Source: Glycera tridactyla (Eukaryota). From it: DNA of 64,000 nt. The stretch lies in NCBI GenBank assembly GCA_965644265.1, contig OZ286473.1, forward strand, positions 41,478,001 through 41,542,000. The letters run 5' to 3'. The notes beneath the pieces were generated by a model. That model saw only the letters and a list, made by a program, of their open reading frames with translations. It searched no databases and was not told the DNA's origin. Positions 13,545 to 24,426 of this stretch are shown one piece after another; position 1 is the first letter of the stretch, and each line of letters opens with the position of its first letter. The position numbers were made by a program, and so were the translations under genes.

Positions 13545-13722
13545 CAGTCGAACCTGTCTATAAAGACCGCCTTCGGTCCCATCAAAAAGTGGTCTTTATA
13601 GGCAGGTGGTCTTTATAGAGAGGTCATTTACTGTTGAAAATACTACCACGGTCGCAGCTGAGGGTGGTCTTTATAGAGAGGTGGTCTCTATAGAGAGGTG
13701 GTCTTTAGAGCAGGTTCGACTG
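13545..13722. mobile_element. Tc1/mariner-type MITE
   Basis: TA|CAGTCGAACC ... GGTTCGACTG|TA. Confidence 0.85.
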
Positions 13723-15289
13723 TACATGGCAAGTAAGTGAGAGTGACCAAGTTCTACCAGCGCTGACGGGCATAGCTTCCCCCAGCCCCCAAGACACGTG
13801 AAGTTTTCATCCAAAAACAGCGGTTTTGTGACAGCAGCACAGTACATTTAACTGTCACTTTAGGCATGACTGTTCAGTATCTGAGATATTGACTGTTGCA
13901 TAAAAAGGTAAACAATTAATCTGTTCGTATGAGAGGAAAATGTCTCAAACCAACATTAGCAGAACTGAGATATCACACCATTTATCTTTTTTCGCATACA
14001 ATTTATTCCTCGCAATTCATATACTTTCATCTGACTTGATCTCCCGGGGTTAAACGTCAATAGCACATAATAACGTGCTACTTTTATAGCTATGATTGTA
14101 ATTACATTCATTATACTGCTCATTATCTTTTGCATAATACATTTTCTGTATTCTGTAACTGTCTGTTTTCTAGTGAGATAAACGACGTTATGGTGGTGGG
14201 TGATGGTGGATGTGGGTGGTGGTGATTAGTTATTGGTGGTGTCATCTATATTGGCACCCCCACCCATCCACTCATACTTCCTTCCTGACCTTCTGCTTTG
14301 AGTGAGCATATTATGAATGCCAGGACTGACCTGTTCACTGATATGTGCTCACCAGCCCCATGTCATACATGTCTGCACACACACCCTCCCACCCACCTAT
14401 GTCACAGTCAATCTCTTGGACATCGGGTGATACGTGGCTTCAGAAGACCAAGTAGATTGGAGTTCTTCACATCCACTCATACTGTGAGAAGGTAGGTAAT
14501 ATCACAACCCTGAATTCCAGGTAAGATCACTCATGACTGCACAATCTCAGTGAAAAAGTCATGAGTTGCCAGTGGCCAGCTATAGTATTACTACAACGGG
14601 ATTGAAATAAACCGTCACATCTGCACATGAAATCAACCGACAGCGCAGCTGATCATAGCTGCCAGGCACACTCTGATGCACTCAAGTTCCCTGAGCCTCG
14701 CTTTTGTAACCTGTGTAAAACGAGAAAGAAAATATTTCTTGAATAAACTGCTTGAAATGCATTCAGGGTCCCACACTGGGGTGAATCAAAACTGGGTACA
14801 TGCAGGTTGGACCGGAAATGTGTTAAAAGGTACTGTGGGCATATGATTGTTGAATTCTACCATCAGGCAGATAATTTACTCTCTCATGTAATTTTGGGCT
14901 GGCTTCAGACGAGAGATTTTCAATATTTCTGAGATAGACTGCTTTAAACCCCAAATAGTATAAACCAAACCTAATTACATGATTTCATACACAATTGGCA
15001 GGAATCACCAATCAGAGAGTTGGTCAGGAAATGTGTAGAATGGTGATCCAGGAATGGGATGGTGAGAAAAGTATGCATTTCATTCGCCCTGGGAGAGTGG
15101 CTAAATTCGAGGACTGCTCGGATATATGCGGTGTACTCACCCAGAGGAACAAATCAACCTATGCCACTACGAAGGAGAGTCTATAGATGACAACAAAGCC
15201 CATGCAAAGGACGTTCAGCCGACGTTGGCCCAAAGTTAGTCCTTCAGTGAGAATGTATGGCCATGAAGTAAAAGCGCAAAACCAAATAA

Positions 15290-15506
15290 GGTGTGGATTT
15301 GCCTGACGTCACAAGGCCAAATGCAACATTCACAATGGGTTTGGTATTGTGTTTTCCCCTCACAACCATATATATTTGCTTTTATCACATGGATTGGGAG
15401 AAAACTCATCAAAAAGTAGTTCACCCCCAGCCGTGCAGTATCACACGCAATACTCAACACCTGATACTTCACTGAAAATGTCACATCTATGTGATAAAAC
15501 CACAAC
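15290..15506 (+). mobile_element. Retroposon family C 3' end; its (AAC)n tail is the target of the Gypsy insertion
   Basis: Homologous to ~35650-35880 (GTATCACACGCAATACTC.ACACCTGATACTTCACTGAAAATGTCACATC.ATGTGAT); the AAC tail resumes at 20533. Confidence 0.6.
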
Positions 15507-15598
15507 TGTACCCCATGCGACCTACTTATGGCAGCTGGCCCACTCTCATAATAAAGCCACTTCCTGTTCCTCCACCCTCGTGTTATGTCTTATCTACA
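15507..15598 (+). repeat. 5' LTR (92 bp, TG...CA), lacking the first 38 bp present in the 3' LTR
   Basis: Identical to the 3' LTR from 20332 up to ...GTCTTATC; ends TATCTACA directly before the PBS. Confidence 0.9.
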
Positions 15599-15611
15599 TG
15601 GTACCAGGAGT
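15599..15611 (+). promoter_or_regulatory. Primer-binding site, probably tRNA-Leu(UAA)
   Basis: TGGTACCAGGAGT directly after the LTR is complementary to the ...ACTCCTGGTACCA 3' end of vertebrate-type tRNA-Leu(UAA); the host tRNA was not checked. Confidence 0.75.
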
Positions 15612-15647
15612 AAATCTTTAGTCTAATCTGCAAACATCGGAGCCAGG

Positions 15648-18600
15648 ATGGATGCTATAAAGCAGCCAGACCCAGTAACACTCACAGGGAATGTTGATGC
15701 CAACTGGAAAGCATTTAAACAGCGATTTACCTTCTATATGTGTGCTATTGGGGCCGAGACAAACTCTGATGTAAGGAAGATTGCACTGCTGCTCACATGT
15801 GCTGGCCAGCAGGCAATTGATGTGTACAACACGATGGATTTACCAGATGAGGTGGAGGTTACTCCTGAACAAGGGGATACCCCAGCGGTGATACAGGGAC
15901 CTAAGTGTGAGACAGTCATAGCTCGCTTTGACAATTACTGTGCACCCAAAACAAATGAAACTATGGAGAGATTTCTCTTTAGAGAAAGAAAACAGAAGGA
16001 AGGTGAGACATTTGACTCTTTTGTGACAGAACTCCGTCTTCTCTGCCGAACATGCAACTACGGCGCTGGAAAGGATGGACATATACGGGATCAAATCGTG
16101 TATGGAGTGTGCTCAAACAAAATGAGGGAGAGACTGCTTCGTGAGTCAGACAACCTGACGCTGAAGAGGGCCGTTGAACTGTGCAAAGCAAGTGAGGCAT
16201 CACAGCAGCAGATGAGCGCGCTCGCGGGGTCCGACCCAACATCTGTACATGCGGTATTTGAAAAGTCTGCACGAAAGAGGTCGAAATTTCCAAAAAAAAC
16301 ACCGTTTGTTCCGAAAGAACAGAAAGACAGTGCTCAAATGTGTGGGAGGTGCGGATCCACCCATGCCACAGGACGGTGTCCCGCAAATGGGAAGACTTGC
16401 AACTGGTGTAAGAAACCGAATCATTTTGCTCCACAGTGTATTTTCAAGAAGAACAACAACAAATCCGGTAAAACAGGGCATCATGGCCCGAAAGGTGTTC
16501 ATTCTGTTGAGTACAATGGTGACTATGAAAGTGACACTGAAGAACTGTTTTGTGGTACAGTTGAGATTGAAATCTGTGTTGAAAATGTACCTCAGAATGA
16601 AACCAGTGTTGAAACTGTAACTCAGAGTGAAACCTGTGTTGAAAATGTGACTCAGAGTGAAACCAGTGTTGAAAATGTGACTCAGAGTGAAACCTGTGTT
16701 GAAAATGTGACTCAGAGTGAAACCTGTGTTGAAAATGTTTCTCGGAGTGAAACCTGTGTTGAAACCATTCATGTATCTGGTGATGTGTCATGTGTCAAGG
16801 GGCCACATAATGCAATCTTGAATGTCAAACATGTTGATGCAATGCGTACAGAAGAATCAAATACGAGACAGAAGGACTGGATCCTTCCCATGCAGATAAA
16901 TGATCAAACTATATCATTTAAGATAGATACAGGTGCGCAGACAAATCTATTGCCCGTCAACAGATATCATGAGTTGAAGGATAAGCCACCCATATTGAAC
17001 AGAAATATCATACTCAAAGCATACAATGGTACGAAAATTCCAGACAAAGGGTCATGTGAGTTGATTGTCAGATTCAAGGATACTGAGGTGAAAGCATTGT
17101 TTGTTCTTGTTGCTGAGAAAATGAATCCTGTCATAGGTTTGAATACTAGTGAATGTCTAGGTCTGGTGAAACGTATTGAACAGGTCCAAAATCCCAGTGT
17201 GAAATTTTCTGACAATGTCAAGGTCGAGGTTGAGCAAAAGTATCATGATCTCTTTTCAGGTATTGGGTGTCTTCCAGTCAAACACACAATCAGGTTGAAA
17301 GAAGGTGCCATTCCTTCAGTTGACCCTGTGAGAAAGGTTTCAATTCCAATGAGAGACAAATTCAAAGAAGCTATTGACAAAATGGTGAAGTTAGAGGTGA
17401 TAAAGAAAGTTGATGAGCCAACTCCATGGGTTAGCAGTCCTGTACTGGTACGGAAGAAAAATGGTGAAGTTCGAGTTTGTTTAGATCCACAGAATCTGAA
17501 CAACAACATTTTCAGAGAACACTATCATATTCCCATACACAGTGAACTTACCAGTGACATGGCAAATGCAAAATTCTTCAGCAAGCTCGATGCAAAGATG
17601 GCATTTTGGCAGATTCCTCTTGATGAAGAGAGCCAAAAGTTATGCACTTTCAACACGCCATTTGGTCGATATTGTTATCTCAGGCTTCCCTATGGAATAA
17701 CATCTGCCTCAGAGGTATTTCACAAAACACTTGTACAAATGTTTGATGATCTAGATGGGGTGAAAGTGTATGTTGATGATTTGATTGTGTGGGGAAGCAC
17801 CAGAGAAGAACATGACACCCGGCTCAAGATGGTACTAGACAGAGCACGACAGTGCAACCTAGTTCTCAATGCAGAGAAATGTGAGTACAGGGTTAGACAG
17901 GTGAAATATCTGGTTGAGATTATCTCTGATGAAGGTGTCCAACCAGATCCTGAAAAGGCTAGAGCATTCACACACATGCATACACCACAAAGCAAACATG
18001 ACATACAACGTATTTTTGGAATTGTGTCACAGCTCCAAAAGTTCATTCCACACCTGGCAGAAGAGTCCACAGCTCTAAGAAGTTTGCTTGAGAAAAACAC
18101 TGCATGGAGCTGGAATGCTGAACATCAACATGAATGGGAGAGACTGAAAAACTTGTTGGTGACAGCTCCAGTTTTGAAACACTATGACAAGTCAAAACCG
18201 ACTAAAGTTTCGACTGATGCCTCCAAGTCAGGACTTGGAGCAACACTATCACAGCAGCATGATGACAACTGGCATCCTGTTGCATATGCATCTAGGGCAT
18301 TGACAGAAGTCGAGCAACGCTATGCTGCTATTGAAAAGGAGACTCTGGGCCTGGTCTTCGGGTGCCAGAAATTTGATGAGTACATCTATGGAAAACAAAT
18401 AACGCTTGAAACTGACCACAAACCACTGATTGCCATACACAGAAAACCACTGGCTAATGCTTCTCCAAGGATTCAGCGGCTAATGCTCAAACTGCTTCGT
18501 TATGACATCAACATGATATGGACCCCAGGCAAGGATATGCACCTACCTGACACGCTCTCCAGAGCACACTTGCCTGAAACAACCCAAGTCATGAATGTCC

Positions 18601-20045
18601 AAGTGGAGGTAGAAAAACATGTGGAAGCAGTCATGGAAGCACTTCCCTTCTCAAAAGAAATGTGGAACAAGCTAGTGACAGAGACAGAAAATGATCCTGA
18701 GCTTCAAAAGCTCAGAGTCAGAATTGAAGAAGGGTGGGTCAGACCAAGTATGAGAGACTACTATCATTTCCGAGATGAACTTGCCATTCTTAATGGCGTC
18801 ATTCTCAAAGGTACAAGAATCATAGTACCGAACTCACTGAGAGCCGAAATGCTAGAACGCATCCATGAAGGACATCTAGGCACTGAAAAGTGCAGAAGGA
18901 GAGCCAGGGCAGCACTATACTGGCCTGGAATGAATGATGAGATTGAACAGGTGACAAAACAATGTTCTGCCTGTCAAAAGCATCAAAATCAACAATCCAA
19001 AGAAAGTGTGATTCCACATCAAAGACCACAAAAGCCATGGGTGAAACTTGGAGCAGACCTGTTTCACTTCAAAGGACGGAATTATCTTCTGGTCATTGAC
19101 TATTACAGTAACTACCCAGAAACTTCACTGCTTGAAGATACAACAGCAGAATGTGTAATAATGCACATGAAGTCAATGATGGCACGGCATGGCATTCCAC
19201 AGACATTGATATCAGACAATGGGCCTCAGTTTGACAACCAAAAGTTTCGAGCATTTGCTCTGAAATATGGATTCGACCACATAACTTCAAGCCCTGGTCA
19301 TCCCCAGTCAAATGGCCTAGCTGAGTCTGGTGTGAAGATCGTCAAGCGCATGCTGAAGAAGTGTGCAGAAAACAATGATGACCCATACCTAGCACTTCTC
19401 AACTATCGTTCGACACCACTTGAATGCGGAAGCACTCCAGCAGAATTGCTGATGAAACGCAACCTTCGTACCAGACTCCCAAAACATGATGAACTACTGA
19501 ACCAATATGGGGGACGATTTGACAAATCAACAGAAGATGCTCTGAAAACACAAAATTTGTGCTCACTCCAAAAGGGAGACACTGTTCGGATCAGGCACAA
19601 CCAACTATGGGAGCCACTGGCAACAGTAGTAGATACTACTGACACACCCAGATCATACATCATCCAGACACAGAATGGCAGCATTCTGAGAAGAAACAGA
19701 AGACATCTTCTCAAAACAAAGGAGAGGTTTGAGAGGCTTCCAGATACAACAGATGATCAGTTTCAAGCCCTGGATTCAACTCAAACCACACCACAAGTGC
19801 AGCCTACTGCTCCCACTACAAACAATACACCACTGATGAATGTCAACACAGAGACACACAAACCACTCCCATCCACACCTAAAAAGAAAGCAGTCAGCAC
19901 ACCAATCAAACAAAACACCACACCACAGATGACATTGCCATCTGTTCCAACCACCCGATCAGGCAGGGTAGTCAAAGTCCCAGCAAGATACCAAGACCAG
20001 AACAGACAGCCAAATACCAAATGTATTCATATATCACACAGCTAG
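15648..20045 (+). CDS. Gypsy Gag-Pol polyprotein, single ORF, 1465 aa
   Basis: Gag with zinc knuckles (CGRCGSTH...C, CNWCKKPNHFAPQC), protease FKIDTGA, RT YVDD, RNase H DAS...EKE...DHKPL, integrase HHCC plus D,D-35-E (GADLF, SDNG, GLAE); domain order PR-RT-RH-IN. Confidence 0.97.
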   Translation: MDAIKQPDPVTLTGNVDANWKAFKQRFTFYMCAIGAETNSDVRKIALLLTCAGQQAIDVYNTMDLPDEVEVTPEQGDTPAVIQGPKCETVIARFDNYCAPKTNETMERFLFRERKQKEGETFDSFVTELRLLCRTCNYGAGKDGHIRDQIVYGVCSNKMRERLLRESDNLTLKRAVELCKASEASQQQMSALAGSDPTSVHAVFEKSARKRSKFPKKTPFVPKEQKDSAQMCGRCGSTHATGRCPANGKTCNWCKKPNHFAPQCIFKKNNNKSGKTGHHGPKGVHSVEYNGDYESDTEELFCGTVEIEICVENVPQNETSVETVTQSETCVENVTQSETSVENVTQSETCVENVTQSETCVENVSRSETCVETIHVSGDVSCVKGPHNAILNVKHVDAMRTEESNTRQKDWILPMQINDQTISFKIDTGAQTNLLPVNRYHELKDKPPILNRNIILKAYNGTKIPDKGSCELIVRFKDTEVKALFVLVAEKMNPVIGLNTSECLGLVKRIEQVQNPSVKFSDNVKVEVEQKYHDLFSGIGCLPVKHTIRLKEGAIPSVDPVRKVSIPMRDKFKEAIDKMVKLEVIKKVDEPTPWVSSPVLVRKKNGEVRVCLDPQNLNNNIFREHYHIPIHSELTSDMANAKFFSKLDAKMAFWQIPLDEESQKLCTFNTPFGRYCYLRLPYGITSASEVFHKTLVQMFDDLDGVKVYVDDLIVWGSTREEHDTRLKMVLDRARQCNLVLNAEKCEYRVRQVKYLVEIISDEGVQPDPEKARAFTHMHTPQSKHDIQRIFGIVSQLQKFIPHLAEESTALRSLLEKNTAWSWNAEHQHEWERLKNLLVTAPVLKHYDKSKPTKVSTDASKSGLGATLSQQHDDNWHPVAYASRALTEVEQRYAAIEKETLGLVFGCQKFDEYIYGKQITLETDHKPLIAIHRKPLANASPRIQRLMLKLLRYDINMIWTPGKDMHLPDTLSRAHLPETTQVMNVQVEVEKHVEAVMEALPFSKEMWNKLVTETENDPELQKLRVRIEEGWVRPSMRDYYHFRDELAILNGVILKGTRIIVPNSLRAEMLERIHEGHLGTEKCRRRARAALYWPGMNDEIEQVTKQCSACQKHQNQQSKESVIPHQRPQKPWVKLGADLFHFKGRNYLLVIDYYSNYPETSLLEDTTAECVIMHMKSMMARHGIPQTLISDNGPQFDNQKFRAFALKYGFDHITSSPGHPQSNGLAESGVKIVKRMLKKCAENNDDPYLALLNYRSTPLECGSTPAELLMKRNLRTRLPKHDELLNQYGGRFDKSTEDALKTQNLCSLQKGDTVRIRHNQLWEPLATVVDTTDTPRSYIIQTQNGSILRRNRRHLLKTKERFERLPDTTDDQFQALDSTQTTPQVQPTAPTTNNTPLMNVNTETHKPLPSTPKKKAVSTPIKQNTTPQMTLPSVPTTRSGRVVKVPARYQDQNRQPNTKCIHISHS
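16569..16765 (+). repeat. In-frame 30-bp minisatellite (~6.5 units, SETCVENVTQ) between nucleocapsid and protease
   Basis: Unit CTCAGAGTGAAACC(T/A)GTGTTGAAAATGTGA at 30-bp spacing. Confidence 0.95.
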
Positions 20046-20281
20046 TCTGATCATTACTAGTCATTATACTGCCATAGATTTGTAACCACAAATACTAGTC
20101 ATTTTGACATACCAGATCAATGGTATAATGGTGCTATCCAGTTGTTGATCTAGTCCAACATGTAACAGAGGGGTCACAATCTCTTCTATAGTCTGTGTAT
20201 TCACAATCTATGCATACAATTCATGAATCTCCTGAAGTGACGCTAATTAACAATTATAATCACTGATTATTGATATTATCT

Positions 20282-20293
20282 AAAAAAGGGAGA
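20282..20293 (+). promoter_or_regulatory. Polypurine tract
   Basis: AAAAAAGGGAGA directly before the TGTAC start of the 3' LTR. Confidence 0.85.
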
Positions 20294-20532
20294 TGTACTG
20301 ATATGTGATTGTCGTAAACATCCTTACCCCATGTACCCCATGCGACCTACTTATGGCAGCTGGCCCACTCTCATAATAAAGCCACTTCCTGTTCCTCCAC
20401 CCTCGTGTTATGTCTTATCACGAGGGTGGAGGAACAGGAAGTGGCTTTATTATGAGAGTGGGCCAGCTGCCATAAGTAGGTCGCATGGGGTACATGGGGT
20501 AAGGATGTTTACGACAATCACATATCAGTATA
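20294..20532. repeat. 3' LTR fused to its own inverted copy (112-bp perfect arms, 11-nt spacer)
   Basis: 20296-20407 is the exact reverse complement of 20419-20530. Confidence 0.95.
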
Positions 20533-22199
20533 ACAACAACGGCCATTTCTAGACATTACAAGGTTTCCCGACATCAGGCTGATATTAGGCCAATATCAAT
20601 TACGTGACAGGGTGATGTAGGACCAACGTCGGTCTGACAAATAAATTGATATCTACGTATGATTGAGGGCTGATGCTGACCCGACGGTGGGGCCGACGTA
20701 TTTTCCAAGTCGATCTTCTTCCCAACCAGACTTAGTTGCCGTAGCTTTGGAATCTTCGAAGAATACTTCAAGAAGATACCATATTGTACATGAGAGGTTC
20801 AATCATATATTGATTCATTTTGCAAATCTAAAAGATCTTCTGGGAAACTGAAGACCTTTTGGAGATACTGAAAAGGCTATGAAATCGATTTTTTTTTCTA
20901 AAGATATTCTCTTTGATGATATCTTTCAAAAATTAATGTGATGTTATCCAAAGCATGATAATGATGAGATAGTGTCATCAAAATAGTATATGATGATGTT
21001 TTCATAAAACCCTAGAAAAGATTATAACATTTTCTAAAACATACAGTGTATATTTGGTTGTATGTAATGTTCCATGAGGTTGAGAGAAACACCTTGATAA
21101 AACATTGTTCGCTTTGATTTCTAATATTATGGCTCGTATCGCCAAGTTGTTTTGGAGAATTTTCCCAATAATGTTTTGGAAACATATCAGAAACGTCATT
21201 TCCTATTATGGCACTGAGGTCGGAAACATATACTCATGTGTCCCACACATTTTTTAAAAGACCCTGACATTCATGCGTGTTGGAAGCTACATAGCCTACA
21301 TTACGACAATGTCAACAGTTGTTTTTTAATATTTGGGGGACGCCTCCATGAGAGTTTATACATGTTTATTGTCTGAAAGGAGTGCATCTGAGACACATCT
21401 ACCCATCCGCTTCAGGTTGAAAAGTACATCCCATTACAACCAATATGTATTATGACATTTCGGATAATGCTATTTATTAAATATAAATATATATATTATA
21501 TATACCACTATGAATAAATGAGTGAGTAAATAAATGAATGAATGAATAAACAAACAAACAAATGAATAAATGAANNNNNNNNNNNNNNNNNNNNNNNNNN
21601 NNNNNNNNNNNNNNNNNNNNNNNNNNNNNNNNNNNNNNNNNNNNNNNNNNNNNNNNNNNNNNNNNNNNNNNNNNNNNNNNNNNNNNNNNNNNNNNNNNNN
21701 NNNNNNNNNNNNNNNNNNNNNNNNNNNNNNNNNNNNNNNNNNNNNNNNNNNNNNNNNNNNNNNNNNNNNNNNNNNNNNNNNNNNNNNNNNNNNNNNNNNN
21801 NNNNNNNNNNNNNNNNNNNNNNNNNNNNNNNNNNNNNNNNNNNNNNNNNNNNNNNNNNNNNNNNNNNNNNNNNNNNNNNNNNNNNNNNNNNNNNNNNNNN
21901 NNNNNNNNNNNNNNNNNNNNNNNNNNNNNNNNNNNNNNNNNNNNATCAATCAATCAATATATATATATATATATATATATGACCTATCAGCTGTCGTCCA
22001 CATTTCCGCCTAGTGCAAATTCATTCGCCTCTAAACTTCTTGAAGACTTTCTTTTTGAAGGAAACTTGTCTTGTTCGTGCAAGTGAGTATTTGAGGCCGA
22101 CTGCCCTAGTCAACCCACCTACATCTCGACAGGTGCCCGGTCAAATATTCTCTATCGAGCGGACTAATGAGATGGTTGTTGTTCACGACCAGTCTAATC

Positions 22200-22207
22200 T
22201 GACGTGT
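22200..22207 (+). promoter_or_regulatory. UPRE-like TGACGTG motif 80 bp upstream of the SDF2-family ATG
   Basis: TGACGTGT is close to the UPRE consensus TGACGTG(G/A), and SDF2L1 is an ER-stress gene; a short motif that could be chance. Confidence 0.2.
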
Positions 22208-22279
22208 CTCGCGTGGACTGGCTGTCAGGACGCCGGGTTTGCTCGTCAATCTGATTCATTTCCTTATATTTGTTCAATC

Positions 22280-22340
22280 ATGGATCTCTTTGCCGCAATT
22301 TTCATTCTCCTACAAGCTATCGTCGTTGTTGAATTATCAG
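22280..22340 (+). CDS. SDF2: SDF2/SDF2L1 family, exon 1 (signal peptide MDLFAAIFILLQAIVVVELS)
   Basis: ATG, hydrophobic peptide, phase-1 donor G|GTAAT matching the phase of exon 2. Confidence 0.8.
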
Positions 22341-22807
22341 GTAATTTAAGCGCAGGCCATTGACGCCACATGGCCATGTTGATTAAACTCAGGAGGCCGC
22401 CCAACACAGTCAACACAGTGAGAGTACGCATCTCCCTGACACAGGACAGGCCCTGCCCACCCATCAAATTACTCACTGGTAAAAGTGGTAAACTGGTAAA
22501 CTGTTGAAGAGTGCTCTCTGTGCCAGGCGGCAGGGGCCTTATCCCACAGTGTTCATTGTATCAGTCTTAAGTTCTCTCAGTTATAAAAGCTACAACCAAA
22601 TGTCAGCTGATTAGTGTTGCGGGGAGGGGGGGTCAATTGACTCAAATTTGCTATTACCCCTTTTCATAGTGTGGGATGCCAACTGGTTTGGTTTGGATAT
22701 TCAAAACGGCCGATTGGCCTTCAAGATGATTTGTGATTTTCCTTCAATTGTACTCATTCCGTTTCTTGAAATTCCTGCTCCTTTCCATGTTTCATGTTTG
22801 GTTACAG

Positions 22808-22920
22808 ATTTGGAATATGAATATGTAACTTGTGGTTCTGTGCTAAAATTACTCAACACAAGGATGAATGTACGCTTACATTCCCATGATGTCAAATACG
22901 GTTCTGGCAGTGGACAACAG
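22808..22920 (+). CDS. SDF2: SDF2/SDF2L1 family, exon 2
   Basis: VTCGSVLKLLNTRMNVRLHSHDVKYGSGSGQQ is the SDF2 MIR1 signature; AG/GTAAGC boundaries. Confidence 0.95.
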
Positions 22921-23389
22921 GTAAGCATGGGCCATCTATGACGCCATTTTCAAGAAAGAATATTTGGCAGACTTCCCCTCTGGTTCTATAAAACTTTTCT
23001 GATAGTTTCATTTTCCAAAATTCATTGAGCAAATGATCAATTTGTTATATAACATATGATTAAAAAAAAATTGAGATTGTTTGTTACTTATCAGGGTTTC
23101 AAGCAGAATATTCAAATAAGGTTTAGCAAATGTAGATTCCAGCTAATTTTCAAGAGACTTGGGTGTCCAATTTCTGATACATGTACAGAGATTCCAACCA
23201 CTATGATTTTGAAAAACTAGCAACTACTCTTTCTAGGCCAACATTCTTGTATTTTACAGGTGAATCGCTGATGCTTCTCTACGAAATCAATTCTTTTCTT
23301 ATTATTGCATTGCAAATAATGGCTCTTCTACTCTTTGAATTTGGCATGGCTACGATTTTATCCTTCAGAGGTTGGCATCTATGCTAATA

Positions 23390-23525
23390 CAGTAAAACCT
23401 CTCTTGGGAGACTGGCCTAATGCCAACCACAATCAGTCTCTCAAGAGAGGTGAAAAATACCAATCAAGAGCAGTCTCAAATGTGGGCATTCACTCAAGAG
23501 AGGGGTCTCAAAAGAGGGTTTGCTG
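23390..23525. mobile_element. Tc1/mariner-type MITE, diverged
   Basis: TA|CAGTAAAACC ... GGTTTGCTG|TA. Confidence 0.5.
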
Positions 23526-24091
23526 TATTGCCTTTTCAAATATGAAAATATGAGGGTGACCATTCAAAAATATTGGGTGGCCTCAGACATCCAGAGACCC
23601 ATACTAGTGTGTATATCAGATGATAGGTTTTGAATGAGTATCAAAGCATTCTCGCCTAAGGGTAAACACTGTATCTTCAACTTCTACTAAGTGTCTACTA
23701 ATAATTTTCATCTGAGAACATGATATTGGGTGAAGTTCAGTGTTAGATATCAGGGGGGATTGTGAGACATTTGTATCACATTAGAGTGTAATGTCTCACA
23801 TTTTAAGAAGTAGTGAGACAAATGTCTCACTTCAGTCCCACCCCAGAGCAAGCGCTCATAACTTCTGTTTCATATTTGTGTAAATTATCTCATATTTTAA
23901 ATAGTGGCGAGACAAATGTCTCGCTTCAGCCATACCTCAGAGCCAACACTGGAAGTTAGTTTATCCACTGGTATGACAAAACATGATGAACTTTGCGATG
24001 GTTGTATGGCAGGGAGTGTGAACTTCTTTCAATGTGAAGGCATCTCTGGTTGCTTCAATTCATACTTTCTGTTTTGGTTGTTGTTTTTCAG

Positions 24092-24174
24092 TCAGTAACA
24101 GCAGTCAGTTCATCGGATGATCACAATAGTTACTGGAGAATTCGGCCGAAAATAGGTGGAGGCTGCCTTCGGGG
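24092..24174 (+). CDS. SDF2: SDF2/SDF2L1 family, exon 3
   Basis: SVTAVSSSDDHNSYWRIRPKIGGGCLRG; TTTTCAG acceptor, GTGAGT donor, phases consistent. Confidence 0.93.
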
Positions 24175-24238
24175 GTGAGTACCATGTGCAACAGGGTGCC
24201 AAGAATTGAAAGACATCTACCTGTCCAGTAGGCACGTA

Positions 24239-24426
24239 CATTTCAACCTCTATATAAGGACCGCTTTCGGTCGCATAAAAAGATGGCTTTTACTTTGAAT
24301 TATAGGGAGGTGCTCTTTATGGAGAGGTCATTTACTGTTGAAAATACTACCACGGTCACAGCTCAGGGTAGCCTTTACAGAGAGGTGGTCTTTATAGAGA
24401 GGTGGTCTTCAGTGGAGGTTTGACTG
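24239..24426. mobile_element. Tc1/mariner-type MITE
   Basis: TA|CATTTCAACC ... GGTTTGACTG|TA; body homologous to the 13545 copy. Confidence 0.75.

Larger units (their letters stand above)
15507..20532 (+). mobile_element. Ty3/Gypsy LTR retrotransposon, young and essentially full length, with atypical termini
   Basis: LTR-PBS-gag/pol-PPT-LTR order; 5' LTR sequence identical to the matching part of the 3' LTR; candidate TSD ACAAC at 15502-15506 and 20533-20537. Confidence 0.95.

Noticed and set aside
14298-15186. Short ORFs and donor-like sites (14410-14494, 14995-15186) as exons
   Set aside because: No family motif and no consistent exon chain
16569-16765. Regular 30-bp repeats (and the 22/44-bp and 145-bp arrays) as CRISPR arrays
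   Set aside because: Head-to-tail units with no unique spacers, eukaryotic context and no cas genes
15734-20020. Antisense and alternate-frame ORFs overlapping gag-pol
   Set aside because: By-products of the long pol frame and the 30-bp repeat; no motifs
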